Origin: Neophaeotheca triangularis
Lineage: Eukaryota
Length of the DNA stretch: 63,962 nucleotides
Assembly (NCBI GenBank): GCA_054600435.1
Contig: BAAIJX010000044.1
Span: 124,001 to 187,962, forward strand
Reading direction: 5' to 3'
Position 1 is the stretch's first letter, and each line of letters opens with the position of its first letter. The position numbers and the translations under genes are program-made. The notes under the pieces are model-generated. The model was not told where the DNA came from. It saw nothing but the letters and a program-made list of their open reading frames with translations, and ran no database searches. Shown one piece after another: positions 47,314-61,660 of this stretch.

Positions 47314-48753
47314 GGTCGAGTAAAGTCGTCTATTTGGAAAGAAACGACGGGGAATGGTCTTGAGCATTGCATGTGGAAGACTACCACGGCTCGTCGCCGG
47401 CGAGCCCGAGAAGAGACGACATCATCGAAGTGATTCTTATCGTTATCGTTATCGTTGTCCTTATCCTTATCCTTATCCTTATCATCATCGCCAAGGCTAC
47501 CGCTTATCCGGACCGTCCGCTACCCTTCTTGACCTCACCTGGTTACATTCCTACCTCCCTTTTCATCTTCTCCTATTCTACATCACCCAAGAGTCGATCG
47601 CTCCCATCTTCAACGCATACGAGTATCCGCCCAGGGATTACAGTGGAATGCATGATACCGGCTGGTCTTGTCAAACGCCACCCGCTCCAAACCCTAAGCC
47701 GCATGTCTTGGTGAATGCAAACGGACTTGACCCCTGGAGCTGCCCCCGTCCGTAGATGACGAGCATCTTGTCTCTCTAGACGCAGTCTTGGTCGTTCATC
47801 TTCTCACTGGTCGTGCACCTGTCCCTCGCCTATCTTTGGCTTGAGCGCCATCTATGTTTCACTTCGCGCGGGAGAGCGCTTGGTAAATATCCGCCGAACA
47901 CACGGTTGGAGAGATGCTCGGCCTGCGTCTAGGTACTCTATCTAGGTTTATTCATTTGGCATGGCAGTGCGAATGAGTAGGAGTGTTCCCCTACGTCCGT
48001 CGACCCCACAGCTGCTGCTCCGCTTGACGTGCAATTTCGACGGGCAAACGGGCTGGATCAATTGCGGCTTTGTCAACGGAAACCAGCACTGTGTATCCAT
48101 CGTGTCCTGTGTGGACGACCGCTAGACCCGTAGGTCAACACGTTATCGGAGATCCGCAGGAACCGCGCTCCTAACCGAGACAAGTATTGCAATCACCGCC
48201 ATGTACCCAGCCAGCTCGAGCGCCGCAAAACCAATTAAGGTAAGCGTAGTGGGTGCTTCTTCGTTTACCACTAGACTTTTCGTGCATCTAACGTACGTGC
48301 ATCTCCCGTTGTTGTTACTATCAACCACAGCTTTTCGGACTTTACGCCAGTTCTGCTTACCGATGGAAGGCTAGGCGCATCGCATACTCTACCTAACAAC
48401 GAAAAGATGCGCGGTCGCACCGGAATGCGGCTGTTTCACTCGACTGTGCAAACGGGAGATGAACCTCCATGTCATCGTCGGCAGCAATCTAGCCTTTGCA
48501 GTGGTGATCAGCATCCGTCCAGTGCAGCTTGGTCGGCGAGGACTACAACGTGCCGTCTTGCCTAAGAATGTCGGCGTCCCCCGTCCGACGCTAGATCAGC
48601 AGATTGATAACTTCCAAGTCCTCCATCTCGTTTATCTTGCCCCCACTCCCCAAGCAGATCTGCTTCCTCTTTGATCTCTCTCCTACCAAAGACAACAATT
48701 CCCAACAGCCCGGCTTTCAAGGACCCCCGGCCATCCTCACCAGATCAATCACC

Positions 48754-49368
48754 ATGGTCAATCCTTCGGTAGGCTACCATCACCTGTCCTGCGCCTTACT
48801 GCTGACCATTAGCTAATGATCAAATAGCTCATCGAAATCCTCCACAGGAACAACAAGATCCAAAGCGATCTCGCCAACATCATGTTCCGCTATGCTACTG
48901 CTAGCCCCGTTTCCCCTGGCTGCAAGACTGGCATGATACAGCAGCTTGATGCCGTGCGCGAGGAGGTGAAGAAGAACGAAGAGCAGCTGTGCGCGATTGC
49001 GGAGGACGATGATAGCTCGACTGCACTCCTGACGGTGAGTCCTCGTCGCTCAAATATTGTCTAGCGAACGCCTTCCATTGACCCAGAGACTCTCGCAGCC
49101 AACCACCGCAATGTCAATCGCCGATACCACTCTGCCCCCGAAATCTTGGATTACCATGTGGCTCGAAATGGTCCACTCTGACCTTCAAAAGTCCATGTCA
49201 GATGTCGAGATGAAGATAAAGAAAACGGTGGAAGGTGTAGAGCTTCGGAAATCGGGGCCTTCTGACGTGAAGATCGCTGTCGAGCAAATGGCTAACATGC
49301 TCTACAATACGAATGAAATGCTCAGGAGACGTGCGAAAGTGATGGAAAGTGCAGCAGCGAGTGGCTAA
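48754..49368 (+). CDS. Hypothetical helical protein, 3 exons
   Basis: ATG at 48754; GT-AG introns at ~48769-48827 and ~49035-49098 join track ORFs 48882 and 49057 in frame. Confidence 0.5.
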
Positions 49369-51226
49369 TTGCGAGAGCTCTGTCCTAGTTGCTCGGAAGT
49401 CGAACTGCTAAAGAAATTGAAGCAAATACAATTCTCTGACTTCAAGACATCGTCCCAAACCAAGCCGAGGGCTACCAGTACTCGTCGTCGCTACTCTCTC
49501 GTGTAGACTGTCTGTTCACGCATGCCGGACTTCCCCTATCCTCTCAATCCTTGCAGCCTCCAAGTGCTCATTGTTACGCTTCTAAGAGGTTGCATTGCAA
49601 GTCCAAGGAACTCCGATCCTGCTTTGTGCTCTTTTCGATCCGACAAAAATTACCGGGCTGAACTCAGAACGACCAAGCGACCGACGAGAGAAGGCGGTTT
49701 TGTCATTTCCCAGACCTTCACCGCAGTGATTGTCGTAGAAGCACAAGACACATAGTTCTAGCAAAGCTTACCTTCTCAAAACAGCAAAGTCTGCATTATG
49801 TGTCCCCTTGAAAGCTATAAGCTAGCAAATGGACCGATGTATCTCAAATACCAACCAAACCCCAGCCACAAGAACTGATGGTAGACATCGAAGCCCTCAA
49901 GAGCAGAATCAGCATCTTCCTTCGTCAGCTCAAACCGAAGGAAGCCCAAGACCACGACGACGAAGACCTCGAGAAAGACATTCCGGCGCCGAATCTAGAC
50001 GTTTTGGCCTAAGAGGGGCAATAGGCCGTCAGGAAAACCCGCAACGAGTGAGAGGCCGCGAACGATGCAATGGCAAAGACTCAGGGCCAACTCCTACTAG
50101 CTCATCAAAGACGCCAGTGTCCCTGCGGAGAGCTTAGGATGGTAAGCCCGGATGAGATAGCCGTGCCTTGACCATGATGAGGCTAACCACCGCGACATCT
50201 TCAGCTCAACAATGTCAAAACCCAATGCCTCGTCTCGCACAAGTCGCCCCTGCCATCTCTCGGAGAACACAAGATCATCTGCCCCAAACGGTTCTGCGAC
50301 GCCGATGTGACAGTCAAAGCGGACTTCTACTCAGCCACCCCCGGCTTCAGGACGTCTCTCCGTCATGCCCAAGAGTCACACTAGTAGTAGATAAGTGTCA
50401 TGGCCCGGATCCATAAAGCCGAGCCGCCAGTCTTAAACACTCCTAAAACCGGGAATCCGATCGCTGAGCCCCGAGCTTTGGTCGAGGACTTGAGTATTGC
50501 TAGGAAGCTGCTTGCCGAGTGTCAAGGACAGTCTTTGCTTCGCCGAAAGAGTTTGACTTATGGTAGGACGATATTGCGGCGGCACCTGGACGCGGACGAG
50601 GAGTTAGGGGGCTCAGGTCGTTGCCTCCGGGTCAATAGGGAGCTCCAGACGTCCGGCGAGGATAAGGAGTAGAGGTAGGACCCCGTTGAGAGAGAAGACG
50701 GGGGACAAGTTGAGGGAGAAGCTGAAGTAGATGGACATAGATCTTTATGCAAGGGGCAGGTTGAAGGGGAGTGAGGAGATTGGGTGGGCAGCCCGGTACT
50801 CACTAGAGGCTGTTGCAAGGGGCCGCATGGTGACGGAAGTTCGCGCTGGAGCGCGTTCTTGACGGTCGTAGTCTGTTATGTACTGGTCTAGATAGACCGT
50901 TAATGAGTAATGAGAGAATTAATGTGTTTGATTGATACATCCTTGCAGCCGCCGGCAATAGGACGAAACATAGAAAGCTTGCGGTAGTGAATGCGTTTGA
51001 CAGGCCGCTGCTTGTAGTTTTAGTTTGACCGTAGGCGTTAATAGGCCGAAGGAGGGCGCATTTGGCGGGGTTGATGCAGAATGAGGATGCGTATTGTCCA
51101 ACCCTACCATCCTCTCACGCTGCCTCGTCTCCCCATTTCTGAAGGGACTGATAAAGACACCTCCACTCGAAGAACACCTCCCCTCAGCACTCCAAAATTA
51201 CACCTTCCGCCGACATCACTCCTACC

Positions 51227-53435
51227 TCACTCCGGAACCTTCTCACCCATAGCCCGCCAAAAATCACACCTCTCCCCCCTCCCGCCTTCCCACGCATATG
51301 CATCGGCTAGACGGAAAGAATTCCGCATGCTATCGCCCGTGCAGTACGGCAAATCGCCAATGGTGGTCAATCCCGGGCAAGTTGTGTTGACGTTAAACAG
51401 GGTCGGCTCGTAGAGACTGTAGGGTTTCCAGTCGTTGATGGGGTTCGGGGAGGAGTCGTTGCGCGAGACGCCGTTGGCGACGGTGTTGGGGATGTGTGGG
51501 ACGTCGGTTGTGATGAAGGCGCCGAGCATGCGCATGAAGGCTATGATCTGGGCGGGGATTAGTGGGGTGAGCTTTTGGGGCGTAGAGGTTGAAAATTTGG
51601 ATGGTTCAGGTCTAAGCCGATGGGTCCGAGGAGAGAACTCACCAAGTCTGCGTTGTAGTATCCAGAAGTGTATGGCCATCGGACATATCCCGCGCCATCT
51701 GCACCGTGGTAACCGTTTGGAACCGACCACTGGTACTTCCAACCCTGACCGCCCAGTATGTTATCGCTGTAGGCCTCTGCAATCCAGTAGGAGGGACAAA
51801 TGAAGGTCGTCTCGCCATAAATAGCAATTGCCCTCTGCTGCTGGCCCGTGGCTGCGATGCTTTGGTTAACAGTCGTCGGGCCGGAATCACCAGCTGTCGA
51901 CCACAGCGGGGCGTCGAAATCGGTCGAAGCGTTAGAAGCCGGATAGTAGTGCATCAATTTGGCCAGGTCATTGTTGTCAAAGTTGGGGAAGACGATGTGC
52001 GCCCACTCCACAAAGTCATCGACAGTCTCGATGCTCTCTGGTGCTACCCAGGAGGCGCCTTCTAGGGCGTTGTGGCCAGTGAGGTGGTTCAGGCCGTTGA
52101 GCTTCCCTTGAGCGAGTGCCTCGCTGGGCCTTTCTTGGATGATGTGTCCATCGGTGACAGGAAGGAAGGCGAAAGAGCCCCAGGTGCCTGATTGCGAGAC
52201 TCTGTCGGCAGCCTCCATCAGGGTAGCCGAGTCGACCTCTTGCAAGCAGTCGAAGATGGGCTTAGAACCGTTTTTGAGGTAAGCGTTCCCCGCGTCACAT
52301 CCAGCCGCTGCGGCGAGCGCGTAATATGCCTGCGATGGCTGCCAGTCCTCTGTCTAGTGTCAGTGCCTCGTTCAAGAGGCAATGCAAGCAGCGAAACTTA
52401 CTGTATCCATACTGAAAGGCCACGTATGGGCTGGAGGAGATTGAGTTCCTAAACAGCTGCGTGCCGAGGGTTCCTCCGTAGGCGATGCTAAACAAGGTCA
52501 GCAAGTTTGCACCAGATCAAGCATAGCCAACACGATTCACATACTCGTGCAGCATCACGCTACCTCCGCCGGCGCTGGCACCGAACAGGGTCACTCTCCT
52601 GGGGTTGCCGCCGAAAAGATGGATGTACGACTGCACCCAATGCATAGCCATCTGCTGATCAAGTAGGCCGGCATTGGCCACACCTCGACGGGCCACTTCA
52701 TCGGATGAGAGGAAGCCGAAAGCGTTCAGCTACATAGACTTCGTCAGTAACCCGGGTTACCTTCAGCACATACGCAATGAGAAGAGTACCTACCCGGTAG
52801 TTCATACCAACGGTGATGAAAGCGTTGTCATTGTTCTGGATCAAAGGCGTCAGGTCCGAAGCGCCTGCGCCATTGCCGTAGCCACCGCCGTGTATCCAAA
52901 CGACAACGGGAAGACCAGGCTCGGTGGTCGCGTTGCCAGGAATGGAAACATTCGTTGGCGCATATACCTGGACAAAAAGTCAACATCAATAGAGCTGTCT
53001 CAAAGGGGTATGAAAACCCATACGTTAAGGAAAAGGCAATCCTCGCTGTTGCCAGAGTTGTCGAGGAGGTTGATCTCGTCGCTCGCAAGCATAGCTTGAG
53101 GGCACTGAGTTCCTGGCGCATCGGCATCGATGACAGCGGAGCGGTTTGTCTCCGGCGCGCGAGGGGGTTGCCATCGTCCTTTGCCCTCAGTGCTTGCCGC
53201 GAAACGAATGCTAGCGGCGCGTTGTCAGCTGGCAATGCCTTCACCCATCCAATGGAGTCATCTATGCTCACCCTTGGAAGACATTGAGGTTAGCCGAAGC
53301 ATTGTGCACACCCCGATAGACACTGTAGCCCAAGTCGACCTCGAGCCCAGAGGAGTTGGTTTTCCCGGCGTGGTCCGAGTAGGGGCTTGACAGGGCTGAT
53401 GCCGTGGCGGCGAAGAGCAGGGTACGAGACCACAT
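51227..53435 (-). CDS. Secreted type-B carboxylesterase/lipase (alpha/beta hydrolase), multi-exon
   Basis: Signal peptide [40 protein letters not shown] nucleophile motif, [12 protein letters not shown]. Confidence 0.92.
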
Positions 53436-54107
53436 CTTGTAAAAGTATGTCGCTCGATGAAACGCCGGTTGCGGATTGCTCAAGGTTGTACGAAAGGAAG
53501 GAGGTTGGAGCATCGAAGATCAGTGAGTAAATGTAGGGATCGCGATGGTGCCCTTTTGACTTGTCCCGAAGGAGAGCCGTCGCAAACTGTTGCTCCAACT
53601 TGCTCGCTTGCGGACGATGGCAGATCGGTGCTTAGACATGACAGTAGTTTTGTTCTTTTAATATGCCGGAGTCATGAAGCTTGCGAAGCCTTGTCAATAT
53701 GAAGCTCGGTAAATAGAAGCCGTACGCACGACTGTCGATCTCCATCACCATCGAAGTGGTCCGTTCATCCCAGCTTCAATTCCCGGGCTTTCGTACGGCA
53801 GTTTGGCGGCAACGAGCTAGCTTTCTTCCGGAAGCTGTATACCGAGAACACCCAAGGATGGACAAGGAGATGAGTGACTTTGTAGGTCGATCCACCTTGT
53901 ACGTCGTCCAATGTGCGATCAGCTTGAGCAACCCACGGGGGAATCATTCGGCCAAGGGTAGCCATCTACCTATCAGACCGCAAAGCACACCAGGGCCGGC
54001 CTCAGTGTATTGCGCATTGCCTCGAGTCCAGTAGAGATCGACTTGACCAGCAGTCACCCCCTACAGCTCGTTGACAAACAAGACAAAGACCCACCGCCCT
54101 CACACCC

Positions 54108-55439
54108 TCACACTCTCATGCGGTCGACCGTCACAGTAGTTTTCTTCCGAATGCCACTGCTGCTAGTCCCTTCCGAACTGGCCGCACTACCCTTATCACA
54201 TTCCCCATCCTTTCCCATAATCTCCAATTCATCGCTCTCCCTCTGATCATGCCTGAGCAAATCAGGTCCGGAAACCGAGGTGCGGTTCCAGTGTGCATCT
54301 TTCCGCTGCGAAGCGTTGACGTTCCGTAGAGCGTACTGGTCTTGGAAACGGTCGTTGGAGTAGTAGTAGCCTGGGTTTGTGAACTTTGAGCCGAAAACCT
54401 TGGGAAGTATGCGTTTGAGCGGCGCCCGTAGGACGGGAAGGCAGGCTCCGATGATGCCCATGTTCGATTCGAGGACTTGGAAGAGGTTGGCCGTGGCGAA
54501 AGTGTCTAGTAGTATTGTCAATAGTTGTAAACGCCCTCGTTCGCAGGAGACGTACATGTATTCTCCTCGTCGGCCTGTGTCTTAAGACTATCGGCTACTG
54601 CGGAGCAACTGAGAATGCTAAATACCAGAACACTGCGAGAAGTCAGCCGTCGTGCGCAAGCAGAGCCATAAGAATCAAGCGACTTGCAGTGTTCCCAGCA
54701 AAAATACTCCCATTAACATCATCCTCTCTTTGAACCGCAGTTGTAATTTCCAAATCATCGGGACTGTCATGCCCATGATCCAGACATCGCTCGAAACATC
54801 CCAAGTCACGATGGAGATCCAAAGAGCGTTCTGACCCCAGCAAGAACCCTCGGTGACGGCACCCCACATCATCGGGATGGGCACGCACTGGAAGATGGTG
54901 CTGAGGATGTTGCCAAGGGCCCAGCAACCGTTGACGATCAAAGTGGCCCAGCAAATTCTTTGGAACGCTTTCTGGACGAAGATGCGTTTGCTGAGCAGAA
55001 TGACGGACGTTTTGAAAAGCGCCAAGGTGATGGGGTAGAAGATGTTGCCAAAGAACCACCACTTGTTAAAGTCCATCCTCTGAGGTTGGGTCAAGAGTAA
55101 ATAGTCTGCGCCGTAACCTGTTTGTACCGATTTGGCCCAGAAGGTGGTTTGTATTAGACAAGACAGCTGTGAATGTGTTAATCCAGCTGCACTTAAGCCT
55201 GCCCATGGATGTCGTCTCGACCTCACCAATGCTAGCGTGATGGTGTAGTCGTCTGCACCTAGCTGCTTCGCTGAAATGCGTGTGGCAAGCCTGCCAGCCA
55301 CGGTCAGACCTGACAGAATGATCATTATCACTAGAGGGAGGAAGACTCTATAGCCGGTATTTGGCAAGTCGTCGGTGGAGAATCCGGCCGGATCGATGTA
55401 TGGGGGTATCGTCGGAACTGGAGGTGGTTCGTCTGCCAT
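54108..55439 (-). CDS. PTH11-like (fungal rhodopsin-domain) integral membrane protein, multi-exon
   Basis: RLATR...LGADD, FKTSVILL, IFQCVPI..WG...C, SDVWIMGM..PMIWKLQL, ESNMGIIGACLP. Confidence 0.9.
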
Positions 55440-56926
55440 TTTGTTTGCTGTAAGCCGGGATGAAATTGTAGTCAGTATAAGACGACGAGTGGTCGCCGAA
55501 GATTCAATGTAGGGTCACGACCTTCAGTGTCGAATAGGTTGTGTGGTGTAGTCGAAGGGATAGTGATACTAACTCAACTCAGAGGCAGGATGGTATCGGA
55601 AGCATCGAGTCGCTACCCTAATACACCTTCATCCAGCCCATGCTGTATCTACAGACACTCGTCTATCAACCCTACACACTAGCAGCTGCCAGCATGAAGG
55701 AGTGGCACCACTCCCCGCCTGCGCTTTCTTTGCGGCAAGAATGCCAGGGATGCACTGTTAACTATCAGGACGGAGTATACTCTAGCTGGGGCACCAGCGC
55801 CGGTTCGGAGTATAGTAGGAGACCGGGTAACAATACAAGATTCACGGCAGAGGTTTGGCTGGACCTTGGAAGCGTATTTGCGGTTTCTAGAAGCTGCTGG
55901 GGCTGACAATTTCCCGGTTACAAAAGAGGAAGGGATCGTTCTTCGTGGATGAAGCTCAAAAGAGGAGCGAAAAGCGCGGTGGAGTCGCAAACCCCCAGTG
56001 GCCACACATAAAAGGCCGTCAAGAACCGGAGCAGGCTGCCTTGATGAGATGCTGGTCGTTGCGTCGCTGTCCGCTAATGTAGTTGTGTAGACCGTGTGGT
56101 CACAAGAGTCTTGTTGCAATAATACGGAGGGAACCTTTAGTCCACAGTCCCTGTTGAAGGGCATGGCGAATCTTGCCCCGTGCTTGTTGCTGGACAGGGA
56201 TGGAGCAGATGGAGTGGGGAAGAAAGGTTTCAAAGGTGGCCTCCGTGCACAAGACGATGGAACCATCATGCCACCCACCTACGAACGAGCCACCGAAAAG
56301 ACTTGAATTGGATGTGAAAAGGCTCGTTTGGACGTATCTGCAGGAATGGCGATTCGCGGTATCAAGACAGATTGGTATGGATAGTTTCAATGGGTGAGAG
56401 GGAGAGAAAGGAGGTTGAAGACTCGAAAGCCGAAGCGAGAAAACAGCGGAGGTTTTGCCAAGGCGATGCCAATATGATGCCTCAGGCAAGACCGTCTTCA
56501 CTCTGTCGTTGTTCAAAACGAGATACCTTACTATACGACGACAGCGATATGGCATATACTCTCGTTTTGTTCTTTTATCACGCTGCTACCTCTTATAGTG
56601 ATATGCAGTACAATCAAGGAAGGGTCTTCCTATCTCTCGTACTAGGTAGCTATGGCATTGAAACTCAAGGTCCGATATTTAGAGCCGGGAGATTCAAGTA
56701 CTCCAGGCGTTAGATTAAGTAGAAGTGTCTCCGGCGAATCAAGCAGTTCCTGTTTCCTCAATACCTGATTCCCGCTATAGGAGAGTATCTAGGCTCGTGG
56801 CGGTAGGCTAAACGGTTTGCTGAAGGGCCAGAAAGGCATTATTGGGCAATATCTCAGACGGATGCAACACCCATTACATTAGTACATGTTCTCATTGCTC
56901 ATCTCAACGTTAGGTCAAATTCAAAG

Positions 56927-57832
56927 TCACTTCCATATCAACACCTCTCCATGCATACATCCAAACATACCATCCTCCGCCGCCGCCCACTCCCTCCATG
57001 CCTTGGCCATTTCACCCAATTGCGCTGTCGTCAATACACCAGACTCCAAAGTCCGCTCATACATGCCACCCTCACCTCTCTGCGCGCCTTCGATGCGTTC
57101 GAGCATACTTCCACCTTTGCGAAATGTCAGTCAGCGTTTCTCAGCCACCCAGAATGAACCCAACTTACTCCACATCGCCCTCTCCTCGGGTGTAGAATAA
57201 CACCACGTCCCCATACTCGCCTTTACCCTCTCCCTCACCGCTCCAGCTTGTAAAGTCCAGCTCAACAACCTCGCCCCTCCATCCGCCCAACCACCATTCA
57301 CTTTGATAGTCTCCAGCATCGCACGGTGCGCTAGCCTCATCCCCTCCGTCTCGGGGTGGAAATTGCACATTCGCAAGTCACTTTCCCGACTCGCGACAAC
57401 GCCGCCAGTTTTGCAGACCCGAAGCATTTCTCGCATAGCTTGCACGGGCGAGTCGAGGTGACAGAGCACTTGATGAGCATGCACCACGTCGAAACTATCG
57501 TTTGGGAATGGCAGGGCGTAGATGTCCGCTTTCTGAAAGGAAATGTTGGTGCAGTCTTTGCTGGTGGCGTAAGCGGCTGCTTTGGCGATTATGTCGTCGC
57601 TTAGGTCTGTGGCTACGACTGTGCCGGTGGGCATATAAGTCGCGAGAGAGGTCGAAATAGTTCCTGAGCCCGCACCGCAGTCGAGGAGTCTGAGACTTGG
57701 GTTCCGGGAGGCTTGGGTTCGGAGTTCGGGGAGTAGAAAGGCGGCGCTGTTTTCGGCAGTGCGCCATTCGTGGTGTCTGACTGCGTTGTAGCCTGGCATG
57801 TAGGGGGTATGGTGGGCGGTGTTTGAGGTCAT
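56927..57832 (-). CDS. Class I SAM-dependent methyltransferase (UbiE-like); intron ~57116-57168
   Basis: HEWRTAENSAAFL, LLDCGAGSGTIS, ADIYALPFPNDSFDVVHAHQVLCHL; exon 2 ends DGMFGCMHGEVLIWK*. Confidence 0.9.
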
Positions 57833-58224
57833 TGCGGGCGCTTGACTGTGCTGTTTCAATGAAAGATGGTGTGATGGCTGTTCAGTAGTTGATGAGAAGA
57901 GTAGGGAGACGGTACATGAGAGGACTTGTGGCGGAGCCGCTGCCTTTTCAATTTCCTACCTTTGACTTCAGCAACGGATTGTTACGACTTCAGTGAGTTA
58001 GAGGAAGGCAATATCTCGTATTCGATGAAGTCTAGGTATTATTGTATGGTGACGTTGCAGAGAGGATGAGCGTGGATGAAGCAAGTCCAACGTGAGAGGC
58101 GATAGAGCCATGACTCGCGCAAAGTCTTGGCAAAGACTCCCGAAACCCTCCGCAACGCCGGCTTCAATGGCGGGCATACAACGACAACATTCCTTCCCTT
58201 TTCGTCTCTTCTAGAATCGTCAAA

Positions 58225-59717
58225 ATGGCCCTTCCATCCCGTGGACTTTGCTTGCGCTGTCTTGGGCGCGCAGCCCCCTCCGAGACCAGTTCTTCGACCG
58301 TCGCCGTCTCCCATCGTGCCGCCTTCTCCACCAGCCAGCCTTATCAAGCGAACCCGCCCAAGGCGAAGAACGCCACCGCGTCGGGCGCCAGAAAGGGAAA
58401 GTCCCTACGACTGGCCAAAAACACCCGCGCGTCGACTGGTAGACCACCGGCACCGGGTGAGCGCAAAGCTCTGCGCAAGCGGGTAGTCTTGAGCAACGTG
58501 AATGCATTGGAAGTGCAAGGGCTGCAGGACTTCAACCCGGAGAATGCGGCCAAGTTGGGAGAATTTAGGGGCGGCGTGTTGGGGTTCGATGATGCTACAG
58601 TGGACTCTCTGAAAGCGCTGGATGGGTTCAAGCCGACGCAAGGATGGAGCATGTTCAGGCGCCCGGCTACGGTTGTGAGGGAGGCGACTGTCGAATTGGC
58701 GCAGAAGTTGGAGGCGGTGCAGAAGGATAAGAGCACTGTAAGGAGGGTCGTGACGGGCGAGAGAGGTAGTGGGAAAAGTGTGCTGCAGCTTCAAGGCATG
58801 GCCATGGCCTACCAGAAAGGCTGGATAGTGCTGCATATTCCCGAAGGTAAAAGAAAACCACCCTCTCACATCCTCTCTATCTGCCATACTAACCCGCAAC
58901 CGCAGGCAAGGATCTCACAACCAACCAAACCGCCTACGAGCCCTCCCCAGACGATCCCAACATCTACCTCCAACCAAATTACGCCTCCCAACTCCTCATG
59001 AACATCACAAAAGCCAACTACAACCTCCTCAACGGCCTGCGCATCAGCAAACAGCACTCCCTTCCCATCCCCATCCAAGCCAACATCTCTCTCGCCCGGT
59101 TCGCCGAACTCGGCGCCCGCGACCCAGACCTCGCGGTGCCCATCTGGCGGGCTTTGCTAGAAGAACTCACCACCCCCGACAGCAGCGAAGGCCAAGGCCA
59201 GCAACGGCCCCCGCTCTACGTCAGCCTCGACGGCTTCGACCACGTCATGCGCACCTCTTTATACATGAACGCCGAGGCCAAAAACATCCACGCCCACGAC
59301 CTGTCCCTTGTGCGTGATTTCATTCAGTTCCTGACCGGCGAGCGCAAGCTCCCGAACGGCGGCGCTGTAGTCGCGGCTCTGAGCCAGAGCAACCGCGCCG
59401 CGGCAGCGAGCCTGGACCACTGCTTAGAAAAGCAGCTGCGACTGCAAGCGGGCGATCAAGGGGCGCAAGCCATGAAGTGGGACCCGTACGTTCCCGCTGA
59501 CGAGAAGGTTGTGAAGGTTATGCAATCCGCGGGGCTGGAAGTGCAGGAATTGAGGGGTTTGAGCAAGGAGGAGGCTAGGGGTGTCATGGAGTATTATGCT
59601 CAGAGTGGCCTGTTGCGGACGAATGTTACCCAGGGGTTGGTTAGTGAGCGTTGGACGCTGGCGGGTGGGGGTGTGGTTGGAGAGTTGGAGAGGGGTAGTG
59701 TTGGGATGAGGTTTTAG
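58225..59717 (+). CDS. RSM23: Mitochondrial small-subunit ribosomal protein mS29 (DAP3/Rsm23); intron 58847-58905
   Basis: Mitochondrial-type presequence, PAPGERKALRKRVVLSNVNALEV, GERGSGKS P-loop, EARGVMEYYAQSG...GGGVVGELER. Confidence 0.92.
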
Positions 59718-60583
59718 TTGAAGTCAAGACTTTGGGGTTGAGGGTTGAGGGGCGGGGAGTGTCTGTATCGGTATGTATTACTTTGTTCTCGTATAGATTT
59801 GACTACGTTGATTTTGTACAGGTTTGTTGTCGACCGCCGCTTCTACGACTTGTAAGTCCTGCCTCCTCGGTAGAAACACATCACCAGCTCTGACCCCGCC
59901 AGCTCCAATCGCTCATCGCCCTCGGTGGATAATTCTCCATCATAGCGTGCAAGAAAAGGACGTCAGACGACAAGAGGCGGGAGACGGGAGCTTTACGCGA
60001 CATGAAGGAAAGCGAAACACTGATCACGTGCACACGAGCGGTAGCGCGCTTTCAACGTTGGCTCGCTGCCTGCAGGTAGGTACTTTTTTCTCGTCCAAGG
60101 CTGCTTCGAATTCCGACGTCACCTCCTCCCACACCACCTCCCGTCGTTTTCTGTCTTCCGAGTGTCGTTTCCGCTGGGACCCGACAACTTGCCGGCGTCG
60201 ACACCACTACCACCCACCCCTATCGCCGGCGGTGGTGCATCAACGACGACGACCGGTACCGCACCACGCCCACGGTAATCAAGGCAGACCTGTGCTGGTG
60301 ACACCGCTGCCCGCTTCGAAGTTCGCGGAAGAATCTTGGCCTCGACCGCTTCTATTGTCAGCTGTCACCTCCGGACAACCTTGCTAGTGACCTCAGATAG
60401 CTCGCAAGGCGCTTCCATCGATTGTATCCCGATCTTGCGTTCTTGTATTTGAGGCTGCGGACAAGAGTCACCATCGACGGCCATTCGATCTCGCAACCCG
60501 AAGCAAACCACTGCAAAGCACCTCCATCCTATTCAAAAGACCGCAAGCCGAACATCGTCCAAAGCTTCAGCAATTTGCCCATT

Positions 60584-61414
60584 ATGGACGATTCCCCGTT
60601 TTCAAAGCTCTCTCCGGAGATACGCAATCTGATTTGGGAGTACGCCGTCACCGAAAAGCTGATCCCGCTCGGTCTTCCCTCACAGCCTTGCGGACAAGCT
60701 TCCTCGATCTTACGCACATGCCGACAGATCAATCGTGAGGCCAAAGGGCTTTATTATTCCTGCAACACCTTCACACGTTCTGACCTTACTGCATTCGATG
60801 CCGCCTTCCTCAAGCAATGGCTCGATGCTATCGGCCCGGACAGCTGCAAAGCCTTGCGTAAGCTGGCGCTTAACCCCCAGCACGGCACTGAAGGCTCCAT
60901 GATGGGACGAAGCTATTTCCTCGAAATGAGACGGTTCGAGGTACACGGTCATTGGTTGCGCATGAACTTGGACGACGATGGGTGGGTTGAAGTTTTCAAG
61001 CTTGCTAAACAGTACGGCCTCTTTCCGCAAATCAAGATGAAGTTCTATCACGAGGATAGCTATGAGGAGGCTCTGAGAGAAAAAGAGAGAGAGTGTCGAG
61101 ACGGGAGCCTGTGCTCGCTGTCGGGTGCCTTTTTCTCAGCGCAACACATCTGGTACTTGCTGGTCAGAGGACAGTACTTTGAAGGGACCGTTGATGACGT
61201 TTCGGTCACTTTTCAAGAACTACTTGAAGCCTCCGGGGATCTCGTACACCTTCTGCGTGGTACGTCCAAACGTGATGGCGATTCAGAAGATGGAGATGAA
61301 GATGAAGATGGAGACGGGGATGGAGACGGAGATGAAGATGAAGATGGAGATGATGATGATGATGATGGGTCTGACGACGGCGTTGATGTTGAGCGCGATG
61401 TCTTTGCTGAGTAA
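60584..61414 (+). CDS. F-box-like hypothetical protein with acidic C-terminal tail
   Basis: MDDSPFSKLSPEIRNLIWEYAV...ILRTCRQINREAKGLYYSCNTF; likely start at 60584. Confidence 0.75.
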   Translation: MDDSPFSKLSPEIRNLIWEYAVTEKLIPLGLPSQPCGQASSILRTCRQINREAKGLYYSCNTFTRSDLTAFDAAFLKQWLDAIGPDSCKALRKLALNPQHGTEGSMMGRSYFLEMRRFEVHGHWLRMNLDDDGWVEVFKLAKQYGLFPQIKMKFYHEDSYEEALREKERECRDGSLCSLSGAFFSAQHIWYLLVRGQYFEGTVDDVSVTFQELLEASGDLVHLLRGTSKRDGDSEDGDEDEDGDGDGDGDEDEDGDDDDDDGSDDGVDVERDVFAE

Positions 61415-61660
61415 TGAGGAATCACGAAGATGCTCGCTGCACCGAGTTGAGACTTGGTAAGAAGAATTCCGCTAATCAGCACCGACTAGCTCAGCAGATA
61501 GCTCATAGCTCCATAGCAAGCAGAACACACCATTGCGTCCCCCACGCCTCCCCGCATCTCCCTTCACTGATCGACCCTCCCTCCCATCTCTCACACCCAT
61601 CCCCTCCAACTTCTCCCCCGCTCTCCACCGACTCTCATCTCCGAAGCCGCTTGGACACTT

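Noticed and set aside
47354..47755. Hydrophobic and YP-repeat ORFs upstream of FMO
   Set aside because: Produced by (ATCGTT/ATCCTT)n microsatellites in the FMO promoter region; no other coding evidence.
49829..50820. Possible small genes
   Set aside because: Short ORFs without recognisable motifs or a convincing splice model.
42309..57832. Secondary-metabolite cluster (GNAT, FMO, esterase, methyltransferase)
   Set aside because: No backbone enzyme (PKS, NRPS, terpene synthase), transporter or pathway regulator; the genes look like general housekeeping or accessory types.
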